DNA of 60,914 bases. Origin: Chiloscyllium plagiosum (lineage: Eukaryota). Position numbers and translations under genes: made by a program. Of this stretch, positions 50,245 through 60,914 are shown one piece after another (within the stretch, counting starts at the first letter, position 1; every line of letters starts with the position of its first letter). The notes beneath the pieces were generated by a model. It had not been told where the DNA came from, ran no database searches, and worked only from the letters and a program-made list of their open reading frames with translations. Location of the stretch: contig NC_057719.1 in NCBI RefSeq assembly GCF_004010195.1, positions 54,559,419 through 54,620,332 of the forward strand. Reading direction: 5' to 3'.

Positions 50245-50655
50245 ATCGTCTAGCTACTATAGCAGGATGGGAAGGACTGTGAATGCTTCTCAGTGCAATC
50301 TGATAAATCCATCAACATGGTATAAAGGAAAACATAAGCATTACCACTTTGGTAAAATAGCATACCAGAAACAAAATCACGTCAACTGGCATTGACAGTT
50401 CAGATTTGAGACACAACAGATTGCAATGTGCTTTGGTGATGGTGGGACTGAAAACCATTTTCCACAGGCCCTCCTTCGTGTTAACGTTTCTGTAATGTCA
50501 ACGTGGATAATCTCAATAAATCCCTTTACATCTTTTTTGAGTTTCATCATGAATCTAGGAAGCCCAATTAAATCTTTTGATGGTTTCCCTTTGGCCAGTT
50601 GGTTGTCAAGAGTTTGGTTCTGTAACAGTTATCCTGTTGGAGCTAATAGGGCTTT

Positions 50656-51006
50656 TTAGAATTAGAATCCCTACAATGTGAAAACAGGCAATTGAGCCCA
50701 ACAAGTCCACACCAACCCTCCAAAGGGTATCTCACCCAGACCCATTCCCCTACCCTATACTCAACATTTCCCCTTACTAATGCACCTAGCCTATGCATCC
50801 ATGAGCATGATTGGCAATTTAGCATGGCCAATTCACCTAACCTGCACATCTTTGGACCGTAGGAAGAAACCAGAGCACCCAAAGGAAACCCATGCAGACA
50901 CAGGAAGAATGCGCAAACTCCATGCAGCTTGCCCTAGGCTGGAATTGAACCTGGATCCCTGGTGCTGTGAGGCAGTAGTGCTAACCACTGAGCCACCGTG
51001 CCGCCC
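50656..51006 (-). mobile_element. V-SINE (HE1-like), full length
   Basis: tRNA-like head at 51006-50935 (box B reverse complement GGAATTGAACC), V-domain and CR1-like tail. Confidence 0.9.
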
Positions 51007-52549
51007 TTAAGAACATTACAGCTAAGAAATGAGTGCAAACTCAAAAGTGTGAAGTGATGACTGCAAACTACGTAAACATATTCGAATCTCCTGTGTACCT
51101 TGTCATGCAATGCAAATTATAGCTTACTTATGTTTTTGACAATTATTCCACATGTGTCATGTTGGCTCATCTCTAAATACTGTAACTTCTGATTCTTTAG
51201 CTATGGTATCTAGTTGGATAACAGTGACATCCACACTTGGCTCAAGTTTAAAAGCAGCAAAGGTGTCCATTGGCATCAATACGTTTTGTGAAACTAGAGT
51301 CAATGGGATCACAAATTTCCCACATTAATGCCAGGGTTGCTCAACCATTCTGAGTTATTTGTATGTAACCTGCTCCTTTTTTGCAGTTCTGTGCGTGTGT
51401 TCTATGTCTGCACACCTGCTAGTGATCAATAGTTTTACAGTGGCAGAATTCTTTTGCTGTGGCTGTGCATTGTTTATACCCATGATTCTTTGCTGTTATA
51501 CACCACTGAAACTCCCTTCTTTCTACTTTATTACTGTAAAGGTGTTTTAAATCTGCATATTTCAATGCTGTTTGTAATCTGCTGGCTGTCTTTAAGCTTG
51601 TATTCAATTAATGCTATCTAAAATTCCAAGGACTTTCAAACTCTGTTCTAATCATGCGGTTTTAAATTCTTTCAATGAAGCTTGGAAAATACCTGTTCTG
51701 CTTTGAGTTTTCCTGCTTTACTTTAGTGCTCAAAATGGTAGCTTCCCCTCTTTTTTAGGTTTTATCCACCTTCTGCAGCCAAGATGGCATTACCGCACTT
51801 CATCCTGAATGAAACAGATGCTTTCCTGATTTTCACAACCTAATAAAGTAAAACCTCTTGTGTATTTTTTTTTAAACTCAGTTCCTTTGACTACCACCTT
51901 AAAAAATCTCGCCAAAATTATGACTTAAATCCTCAGTATCCTGATCTTCTAAGTCTTAAAAATATACAAGCTTTCTTCTTCTTTTAGACATCTCCTCTAA
52001 ATTGCCCCTTTTTAAAAACACCTTAAAGTTTCAGGCCTTTTGCTGCTCTGACCTCTGTAAAAAGAAATTTTCTGCACTTTATAGTCACCTGCATCTTGTC
52101 ATCCTGATCACATGATGATGCTTATCTGGGAACTTTCTTTTCACTGTCTTCCCTTCCCTATTTAATCTCTGCAACATTTTGATAAACATTTTCTCCTATT
52201 CTGTGACTTTACTTCGAGAGCCTTTAATGGCTCCGTACAAAGCTTCAGCCTGTTCCCAGTTTTCCTAGATTTCAACATTTCCAAGCTCACGTTACTTTTC
52301 CTGCTGCTTTTACTAGCTCCGAAGTGAAGGTCACCTTCTAGAGTGTTGTTTTTGTCCCACTGTGTTGCTCCCAGTCAGTGTTTGCAGTTCAACTGCTTCT
52401 GGACTGTGTATATCTTTATAAAGTGGTGATTGTCTTAGTGGTAAATTCACCTGTCTGCATTTCCTTTTTCTCGAACAGGGTCAATTTGAATTCAAACTCA
52501 CACAGCTACTTACATTGTTATTATTTGGCTATCAGTATGTTGCAAGATC

Positions 52550-53003
52550 TGGTTCCAACAACCTGTGCTTTGTTGTTGGGGTAGTTTGGGAAGCAGCCCT
52601 GGAGCATTGCGCAGGCAGTGAATCCGGTACGGAGACCAACATCGCAGAGGCAGTCCTGGCATTTACCTTGGAGCAGCTGAGTGCTGGTACGGTGTGGACT
52701 GAGGCTTGGGGCGGTGTGGGGATGGCTGTTGGACTGGGGTCTGGTGCAGGTGGTCAGCCCTGCGCTGAGCTGCTACACTGTAATGTCTATTTGAATTTTC
52801 CTACATTACTGCAATGTCAACCCTTTAATGATGTCCTTTTAAAATTATTTTTCAACTCTGTCAGCAATGTAACTACTTTTATTGCTCTGCTGTCTCCGAG
52901 ATCTGTACCTAGGTACTTGTACCTTAGATGTCGCCATAAGAAGACAGACATTATAAAAGCTTTTCACTGTACTCCTGCAATAAAGTACATGTGACAATAA
53001 AAA
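52550..53003 (+). mobile_element. Non-coding retroposon ending in a Rex1/Babar-type tail
   Basis: GC-rich body unrelated to RT, ending AAAAGCTTTTCACTGTACTC..GTACATGTGACAATAAA, like 42590-42628 and 59778-59816. Confidence 0.55.
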
Positions 53004-53044
53004 ACATGTCTGAAATCCTCCTTACTGCACTTTTAAACCAATGT

Positions 53045-53245
53045 AAAGTCATAATAGTCCCACAGGAATGATCTCTCAGTAGATAGAGATAATTTGTGAT
53101 CAGTTTAACCAGAAGGCCACCATCTCAAGTTAAAAGCAAGGTTGAGAAGGTGAGACTTACATGCTGCCCTTGGCTAGTCCAGGAATTGAACCCATGCTGT
53201 TGGAGTGCATAGTCATGTTGCATGGCTGCACAACTAATTGAGCTT
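53045..53245 (-). mobile_element. Ancient tRNA-derived SINE, LF-SINE-like
   Basis: Box B reverse complement GGAATTGAACCC (~53181). TTTAACCAGAAGGCCACCATCTCAAG..AGGTTGAGAAGG resembles the recalled LF-SINE core. Confidence 0.5.
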
Positions 53246-54124
53246 TCTATTCTCAGACTAACTGTCTGTCTAATTATCAGTGTTGGAGAATAATCAACCC
53301 CACAGTCTTTACAAGAAGAGGAAACTGTCCTGCAGATCAAGGTATAGTTCATTGCATGATAGCAAATGGTGCAATAAATATTAACTGGTTCAGCATAAAT
53401 TCCAAGCATCAGAACCAAGTGTGTCACATTTGTCTCTATTAGAACCTTTGGAAGACTACCTGTTTCTCGATCCAAAGATTGTGCGACATTAGATGGGGTG
53501 GAAGTCAGTACAGCTCAATGTTAACCCTTTCAGAACCATCATTTTATACAATAATCATAAAACCCATTTTCAAATTTCTCAGCAGCTTTGAATGATGATT
53601 GGATATAAATGTGTCAGCATGATTCAATTTAAATGTACAAGGACTGACAAAATATCGTAGAACCAGGTGATTGATCTAAATAATATCTTATTTTTTTGAA
53701 GTAATCAATTGATAGAATGTTGTAATACTAGAGATAAAAGGAAGATAAAACTGCTGGAAATTAAAATAAAGACTGAAAATATATAATCCTCTGAAAAAGC
53801 AAGCTAAACATCAAATAAGATTCTTCATCAGAACTATTATCCTTGCAATTGTACAGATTTAGCCCTAAATAGTTGCCTGTTATTAAAGTCTATTGTTGTT
53901 AGAGTCACTCTTCTTCCCATCAGTAAGACCTTCACTGGAACTAAAATATGGTTGACCCACTCTCCTTACATATCTGAAATGTTGCTCATCACTTACCTCA
54001 GGCAAATAACATGATGGAACAAGACAACTATTCTGAAGAAAGGTTGCAGATCTGAAATAGTGATTATGTTTCTGTCTTCATAGATGCTGTCTGGTCACCT
54101 GAATATTTTCTAATTTTATTTCTG

Positions 54125-54706
54125 GGATGCACTGCTAAGGCTGTATAAGCCTCCGGTCAGATTGCATTTGCAAGTTTGTGAGCAGTTTAGGGCTCCATAT
54201 CTCAGCAAGTATGTGGTGGCCTTGGAGGGGATCCAGAGGACATTTATTAGAAAGATCCCAGGGATGAAGAGCTTGGCATGTCAGGAGCAATTGAGGACTC
54301 GGAGTCTGTACAGGATTGAGTTTAGAAAGCTGAGGGGTGATCTCGTTGAAACTTAGAGAACACTGAGAAGCCTGGATAGAGTGGACATGGAGAAGATGTT
54401 TCCACTAGTAGGAGAGATTAGGAATAGTGGGCACAGACTCAGAGTGAAAGAGTGATGCTTTGAAACTGAGAAGAGGAGGAATTTATTCAGCCGGAGAGTG
54501 GGGAAGCTGTGGAACTCTTTGCTGCAGAGGGCTATGGAGGCCAAGTCAATGAGTGTATCTAAAACAGCGACAGATTCTTGATTAGTACGAGGATCAGTGA
54601 TTACAGGAGGAGAATGGGGTTGAGAAACATATCAGCCATGATCAAATGGTAGAGCAGACTTGATGGGCTGAATGGCTTAATTCTGCTCCAATATCTTATT
54701 GTCTTA
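54125..54706 (+). mobile_element. CR1 3' fragment, diverged
   Basis: ALEGIQRTF..IPGMK..EFRKLRGDL.ET; 3'UTR similar to 280-400. Confidence 0.85.
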
Positions 54707-55701
54707 GTTCAAATAACAAAAACATTGCCCTGTAGAATATGACCTTGAAACTTTTTCAGAGATGATCTCTGTATAATAATCAAAACAAATGCCAAGTGAG
54801 ATGCCCATGATTCTTGTATTTCTTTACCAAAGTCCAGCAGTTCAAAATGGCATTTGAGTCTTTAAACAAGTGACATATAACTGATTGTAGGCAAGCTCTC
54901 AGGTCATGTATGTTAAGGCCTGACCCAAAAATAGCATTCAGTATCTTTCTGTCTGGGGCAGGCTGCTAGAGGAGAAGATTGAATGATATGGATGCCTTTC
55001 AAGTCTAGAAAGATTGTGAGGTGGGGGATTGGCCTCATGGGGCAAAATTGGGAGAGAAAATGTCAAGATTTAATTGTAATTTTGCTCCAAGTGTAGCTAC
55101 TGAGTGTGTATGATAGGAGCTATGTCATAGTTATAGTAATGTCACCTCATATAGAATTACAGTCTGAATCCATAAGGTTGCAGCAGCATATACTCCTTAC
55201 CAGGCCTTACAAATATTGTTGCTTAATAAAGCCTGTAATTTGTTCATTCAGCTGAGTGTAGATTTAGTATTTCTACAGTGGAGACATCCATTTCTCCTGG
55301 CTGCACTTGGAAATAGAATGAGACTCTTTATGAGGGTCCCTTCTATCTTGTTTTTACCTCACAGGAAAGCTGCAGTGACTTATCCTGCTCAAGATCCATT
55401 AAAACTTCATAGATTGTAGTCATATAATATCATCTGGTTAGAATTCATGAGACTTCTGCTTGTCTTAAGTGGACCCATGATTTACCTGAAATGCTCAGCA
55501 GCTTAATATCACAAATGGTCAAAAATAATTGGGATCTGAACAGGTACGTCACCTAGTTATTTATAAGTGTTTGCCTACCAAATCTGCAGCAGGTATATAG
55601 AATTGAAAATTGACTCACCTATGTTTTATTACAGTGCTTGCCATAATGCATCACCTTATTTTCTGTCAATCAGATTCTACACTTCCAATGCCTTGAGCTG
55701 T

Positions 55702-56012
55702 GGGCGGCATGGTGGCACAGTGGTCAGCACTGCTGCCTCACAGCGCCTGAAACCCGGGTTCAAATCCCGCCTCAGGCGACTGACTGTGTGGAGTTTGCAC
55801 GTTCTCCCCGTGTCTGCGTGGGTTTCCTCCGGGTGCTCCGGTTTCCTCCCACAGTCCAAAGATGTGCAGGTCAGGTGAATTGGTCATGCTAAATTGTCCG
55901 TAGTGTTAGGTAAGGGGTAAATGTAGGGGTCTGGGTGGGTTGCGCTTCGGCGGGTCGGTGTGGACTTGTTGGGCCGAAGGGCCTGTTTCCACATGTAATC
56001 TAATGTAATCTA
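55702..56012 (+). mobile_element. V-SINE (HE1-like), full length and young
   Basis: Pol III box A TGGCACAGTGG, box B GGTTCAAATCC, V-domain GTGGAGTTTGCACGTTCTCCCCGTGTCTGCGTGGGTTTCCTCCGGGTGCTCCGGTTTCCTCCCACA, CR1-like tail GGGCCGAAGGGCCTGTTTCC. CpGs retained. Confidence 0.95.
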
Positions 56013-56841
56013 GATGACCATTAATGGAATAAGCTGAAAGACAAGAGGTTATTGGTTAGCTCAGATTGCCGTAATGTACTGCAATGGAAAGAAAATCAAC
56101 TTGAGCAGAGAATTGATTTGATGTTTGTTTTAATGTACTTACATTGTCACCATACATGGTGACCAGTGCAACTTTTCACCTTGGTTAGACTTTGCAAATC
56201 ATTGATTCTGTACCTCCCAATAACACACGGAGAAGGGAATCTCTAAATGGATCAGATTTGTCTTTGATCAGAATTTGGTGTGAGTAGATTTGCCATTAGT
56301 GAAAATTCTGTGGGTATTGAAAGAAAAGTTCAACACATGCAAAATCCCATTTTCCATGAAGTTTTTTTTTGTAATGCAGCTGGAGAGAAGGTTCTAACTG
56401 ATTATCTGGGAATTTAAGTTATGTGAGGCAGTTTACAAATCCCAAAGTAGATTAAAAAATATTCAAATTTGAGGGTTGGTGCCAACCTCCAGATGGATCA
56501 AAGCATTGACTACAGAGAGAAAGTGAGATTAGCGGACCATGGCAGGAACGTGTCTCTTAGGAGGTTTCCCCATTCGTAATGCCTACTCCTACCATCAGAC
56601 ACTGAGTGTCTTTGAATGAGGGTCCTCCTCCATGGAAGCCTGCAAACATGATGGGGTGAAAAAGCCCTTAAGTCAGCATTAATTGCAAGAGCCTGACCCC
56701 CTATCATTTGCCCAATGAATTGCACCCCCCCACCATGTAAACTTACCATCAAGGGGTGGGCATTAAATTCCACCCCATCTTTGGTGTCCATGACCTTCAA
56801 TCAGTTCTAGTAAAACAAATGTAATGGTGTAAAGAGGACAT

Positions 56842-57474
56842 GTGAAGAAGGCGTTTGATATGCTTTCCGTTATTGGTCAGAGTTGGGAGGTCATGTTGTG
56901 GTTGTACAGGACATTGGTTAGGCCACTGTTGGAATATTGCACACAATTCTGGTCTCCTTCCTATCGGAAAAATGTTGTGAAACATGAAAGGGTTCAGAAA
57001 AGATTTACAAGGATGTTGCCAGGGTTGGAGGATCTGAGCTATAGGGAGAGGCTGAACAGGCTGGGGCTGTTTTCCCTGCAGCGTCGGAGGCTGAGGGGTA
57101 ACCTTATAAAGGTTTACAAAATTATGAGGGGCATGGGTATGGTAAATAGACAAAGTCTTTTCCCTGGGGTGGGGCCGTCCAGAACTAGAGGGCATAGGTT
57201 TAGGGTGAGAGGAGAAAGATATAAAAGAGATCTAAGTGGCAACATTGGTATGCATATGGAATGAGCTTGCCAGAGGAAGTGGTGGAGGCTGGTACAATTG
57301 CAACATTTAAGAGTCATTTGGATGGGTATATGAATAGGAAGGGTTTGGAGGGATATGGGCCAGGTGCTGGCAGGTGGGACTAGATTGGGTTGGGAGATCT
57401 GGTCGGCATGGACGGGTTAGATCGAAGGGTCTGTTTCCATGCTGCTGTACATCTCTATGACTCTATGACTCTAT
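56842..57474 (+). mobile_element. Young CR1 3' fragment
   Basis: ORF 56842-57264; (TATGACTC)n tail. Confidence 0.93.
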
Positions 57475-57504
57475 TGCCACATAATGGAGAATCTGATAAA
57501 GCCA

Positions 57505-57720
57505 TCAGTCTCAGTAGGTCTGGCGGCATCTGTGAAGAGAAATTGGAGTTAATGTTTCAGGCCCGGTGACGCTTCCTTGGAACTGTTCTGAGGAAGGGTT
57601 CTGCACCGAAATGTTAATTCTCTGATTTCTTCTCACAGATGCTGCAAAATCTGCTGAGTTTTTCCAACAACTTCTATTTTTGTTTCTGATTTATAGCATC
57701 TGCAGTGCTTTTGGTTTTTA
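57505..57720. mobile_element. Palindromic PLE-derived element (third family)
   Basis: GCATCTGTGAAGAGA..GAGTTAATGTTTC / CTGAGGAAGGG..CCGAAATGTTAATTC..TCTCACAGATGC. Confidence 0.75.
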
Positions 57721-57974
57721 TTAAAGCAGATAGTCTACCATAGACTTAATTCTCCTGTGAAATGCTTGAATTAAAATCAGTTGAATTCAATTGGATTGAC
57801 TTGTCGATTTTAGGTAAAATCAATGTGTCATTAAAAATGAAATAGACCCTCTCAGTTGCCTCTTCCCCTTGAAATTGTCTCTTTCTCTTCTTGCCATTTC
57901 CTTTCTCTTCATGGGTTCTTTTTCTCCATCAGCTTCTTCTCCAAGTGTGTCTCTTTTGCTCTTTCTCTCCATTT

Positions 57975-59125
57975 ACAAGTTGCTGATGACATGACTGCAA
58001 TGGGTTGGATCCTTAAACAATGCCAAGACAGAGTACAGGAAAGAGATAAAGAGCTTAGTGACATGGTCTAAAGACAGCCATCTCTCCCTCAATGTCAGCA
58101 AAATAAAGGAGCTGGTTATCAACTTCAGGAAGTGGAACACAGGACATGCTCCTATCTGTATCAATGGTGTTGAAGTGGAGATGGTCGGGAGCTTCAAGTT
58201 CCTAGGAATAAATATCAGCAACAATCTGTCTTGGACAAGAAAGCTCGCCATTGCTGCTACTTCCTCATAAGTCTAATGTAATTTGACATGTCCACAATGA
58301 ATCGTTGAATCTTTCTAGTGTGGAAGCAGACCATTTAGCGCATTGAATCTACACAGACCCTTCGAAGATCATTCCAGTCAGAACCACTCCATCCTTGTAA
58401 CGCTGAATATCCCATGGCTGATCCACAGAGCCAACTTATCCCTGGACACTATAGACAATTCAAGCAAGGCCATTCCACATAACCTGAATATCTTTTGACT
58501 GTGGGGGGAAACCAGAACACCCGAAGGAAACCCTTGCAGACACAGGGAGAATGTGCAAACTCCACACAGATATTGACCTGAGGGTAGAATCGAACCCAGG
58601 TTCCTGACATTGTGAGGCAGCAGCACTAACCACTAAGCCACTGTACCACCCTAATGATTCTTTCCAGTTTTTATAGATGCAATGTAGAAAGCATTCTATC
58701 TGTATGCATCACACTTCACGGTATGGCAATTACTCTTCCCAAGACCTCAAGAAATTATAGAGTTGTGAATGTAGTCCAATCCATCATGCAATCCATTGAC
58801 TCTGTCTACACTTCCTTGGAATAGCAGCCAACATAATCAAAAACACCTCCCATCCCAGTTATACTCTCTTCCACCTTCTTCCGGGCAGAAGATACAGAAG
58901 TTTGAAAATATGTACAAACAAATTCAAGAACAGCCTGTTTCCTGCTGTTATCTGACTTTTGAACAGATCTTTCATAAATTAGGGTTGATCTTTCTCTGCA
59001 CCTTCTCTGTAGCTATATTGTGCATTCTGTTCTATTACCCTGATGTACTTATGTAAGGTATGATTTGACTGGATAGCACACAAAACAAGACTTGTCACTG
59101 TATCTCAGTACATGTTACACAATAA
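57975..59125 (+). mobile_element. Rex1/Babar-type LINE fragment interrupted by a SINE
   Basis: ADDMT, WSKD.HLSLNVSK.KELVINFRK, VE.V.SFKFLG.NI.NNLSW; tail at ~59090-59125. Confidence 0.78.
58315..58652 (-). mobile_element. V-SINE (HE1-like) nested in the Rex1/Babar fragment
   Basis: GGGAGAATGTGCAAACTCCACACAG V-domain reverse complement; ATCGAACCC box B reverse complement. Confidence 0.85.
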
Positions 59126-59319
59126 GTCAGTGGAAGTCCTCTTATTTTCTCTGTTCCGTTTGCCCATGACCCAGCTCTAGCCCTCAGTTTGCCTTCTCCC
59201 TTCTCCATGCAGTCTATCGGTCTCTGTCTCCAGTCTCTCTTGTTCATCTTTTTCTCTTCAAGTCTTCTCTGTTTCTGTCATCTCTCCATTTCCCCGCTCA
59301 GTCTCTCTTACCTCAGGAA

Positions 59320-59826
59320 ATTCAGCAACTTTTATAGGTGCACCATAGAAAACATTCTATCTGGATGCATCATGGCTTGGTATAGCAAGTGCTCTACCCA
59401 GGACTGCAAGAAACTACATAGAGTTGTGAATGTAGCCCAGTCCCTTTCACAACGAGCCTTCTATCCGTTGACTCCACCTACACATTTTGTTGCCTCAGAA
59501 AGGTGGCGAACATTAAAGGCCCCACCCACTCCAGTTACGATCTCTTCCAAGTTTTTCTGCCAGGCAGAAGACAAAAAAGCTTAAACACACAAACCAACAG
59601 ATTCAAGAACAGCTTCTTCCTCACTGTTATTAGGCTTCTGAATTACCTCTCAAATTTCAAATTTAATGTTGCCCTTGCTCTGTGTGCACCTTCTCTGCAG
59701 GTGTAACATTGTATTCCTCGTTCTGTTCTAAAGTCCCAATGCACTTTGTATGGTATGATTTGCCTGTACTGCACATAAAACTTTTCGTTGTACCGAGTAC
59801 ATGTGACAACAATAAATCAGATCAAA
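59320..59826 (+). mobile_element. Rex1/Babar-type LINE 3' end
   Basis: NFYRCTIENILSGCIMAWY..C..QD.KKL.RVV, TNRFKNSFF; tail GTACATGTGACAACAATAAATCAGATCAA. Confidence 0.8.
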
Positions 59827-59879
59827 AGTATACATCCAGTCTTTCTTGCTCTCCAGTCACTACAGAAACATCATCTTCT

Positions 59880-60914
59880 CCAAGTGCCTAGGGCAGGAGT
59901 CCTTTGTAGATATACCCATTTCAAACAGGTATGCTGTTTTGGAAAATTTAGGGGCTGATGGATTCTCAGGGAGACATAGCACGAAGAGCCAAGTTTCTGG
60001 TTTTGAGACTGGCTCTGATGCAACGAGGGGTACGTTGGCTTCCAAGAGATCAATTGTTTTAGGGGATTCTGTAGTCCGATGTACAGACAGATGTTTCTGT
60101 GACCAGCAGCGAAAAAACAGAGTGGTGTGTTGCTTCCCTGGTGCCAGGATCAAGGATGTCTCAGAGAGGGTGCAGAATATTCTCACGGGGGAGAGGGGCC
60201 AGCAAGAGGTCATTGTCCACATTGGAACCAATGATATAGGAAGGGAAAAGGTTGAGATTCTGAATGGAGAATCCAGAGAGTTAGGCAGAAATCTAAAAAG
60301 GAGGTCCTCAAGAGTAGTAATATCTGGATTACTCCCGGTGCTATGAGCTAGTGAGGGGAGGAATAAGAGGATAGAGCAGATGAATGCATGGCTGAGGAGC
60401 TGGTGTATGGGAGAAGGATTCACATTTTTGAATCATTGGAATCTCTTTTGGGGTAGAAGTGACCTGTACAAGAAGGACGGATTGCACCTAAATTGGAAGG
60501 GGACTAATATACTGGCAGGGAAATTTGCTAGAACTGCTTGGGAGGATTTAAACTAGTAAGGTGGGGGGTTGGGACCCAGGGAGATAGTGAGGAAAAAGAT
60601 CGATCTGAGACGGGTACAGGTGAGACCAGAAGTGAGTCAAACAGTCAGGGCAGGCAGGGACAAGGTAGGACTAATAAATTAAACTGCATCTATTTCAATG
60701 CAAGGGGCCTAACAGGGAAGGCAGATGAACTCAGGACATGGTTAGGAACATGGGACTGGGATATCATAGCAATTACAGAAACATAGCTCAGGGATGGGCA
60801 GGACTGGCAGCTTAATGTTCCAGGATACAAATGCTACAGGAAGGATAGAAACGGAGGTAAGAGGGGAGGAGGAGTGGCCTTTTTGATAAGGGATAGCATT
60901 ACAGCGGTGCTGAG
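59880..60914 (+). mobile_element. CR1 5' part: ORF1 with SGNH/GDSL esterase, ORF1/ORF2 overlap, start of APE (runs off window)
   Basis: IVLGDSVVR (block I), FPGARI (II), HIGTND (III), DGLHLN (V), with one internal TGA at 60344. ORF2 frame reads LNCIYFNARGL..DIIAITET*. Confidence 0.95.
60547..60585 (+). promoter_or_regulatory. Candidate -1 ribosomal frameshift signal (U_UUA_AAC plus G-rich downstream element)
   Basis: ORF1 reads GAG GAT TTA AAC TAG TAA. ORF2 (-1 frame) reads GGA TTT AAA CTA GTA AGG with no ATG before the APE domain. Confidence 0.6.

Noticed and set aside
52515..52994. 159-aa ORF
   Set aside because: Lies in a retroposon-like element and runs into a LINE tail; no domain recognised.
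55702..55775. tRNA gene
   Set aside because: Box A/B belong to a SINE head that continues into the V-domain and LINE tail; no complete cloverleaf.

Overview
Repeat-dominated vertebrate DNA, intronic or intergenic. It is most likely a cartilaginous fish (shark), inferred from HE1/V-SINE-like SINEs and shark-type CR1 tails. No host protein-coding gene could be identified; nearly all ORFs in the track are fragments or antisense shadows of transposable elements. The window holds about 20 CR1-clade LINE pieces of several ages, Rex1/Babar-type LINE fragments, and Penelope-like elements (PLEs) with many short, often palindromic PLE termini carrying minimal hammerhead-ribozyme motifs. It also holds V-, Deu- and LF-type SINEs, two solo-LTR-like elements, decayed PIF/Harbinger transposase and Myb/SANT remnants, and an 880-N assembly gap. 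The most interesting signal is at the CR1 ORF1/ORF2 junction. ORF2 has no AUG ahead of its endonuclease and overlaps the end of the SGNH-esterase ORF1 in the -1 frame across a canonical U_UUA_AAC slippery heptamer followed by a G-rich tract. The heptamer is kept in other copies, including a much older family, which suggests programmed -1 ribosomal frameshifting in a LINE. Family names come from motif recognition only (no database search), and boundaries of old repeats are approximate.
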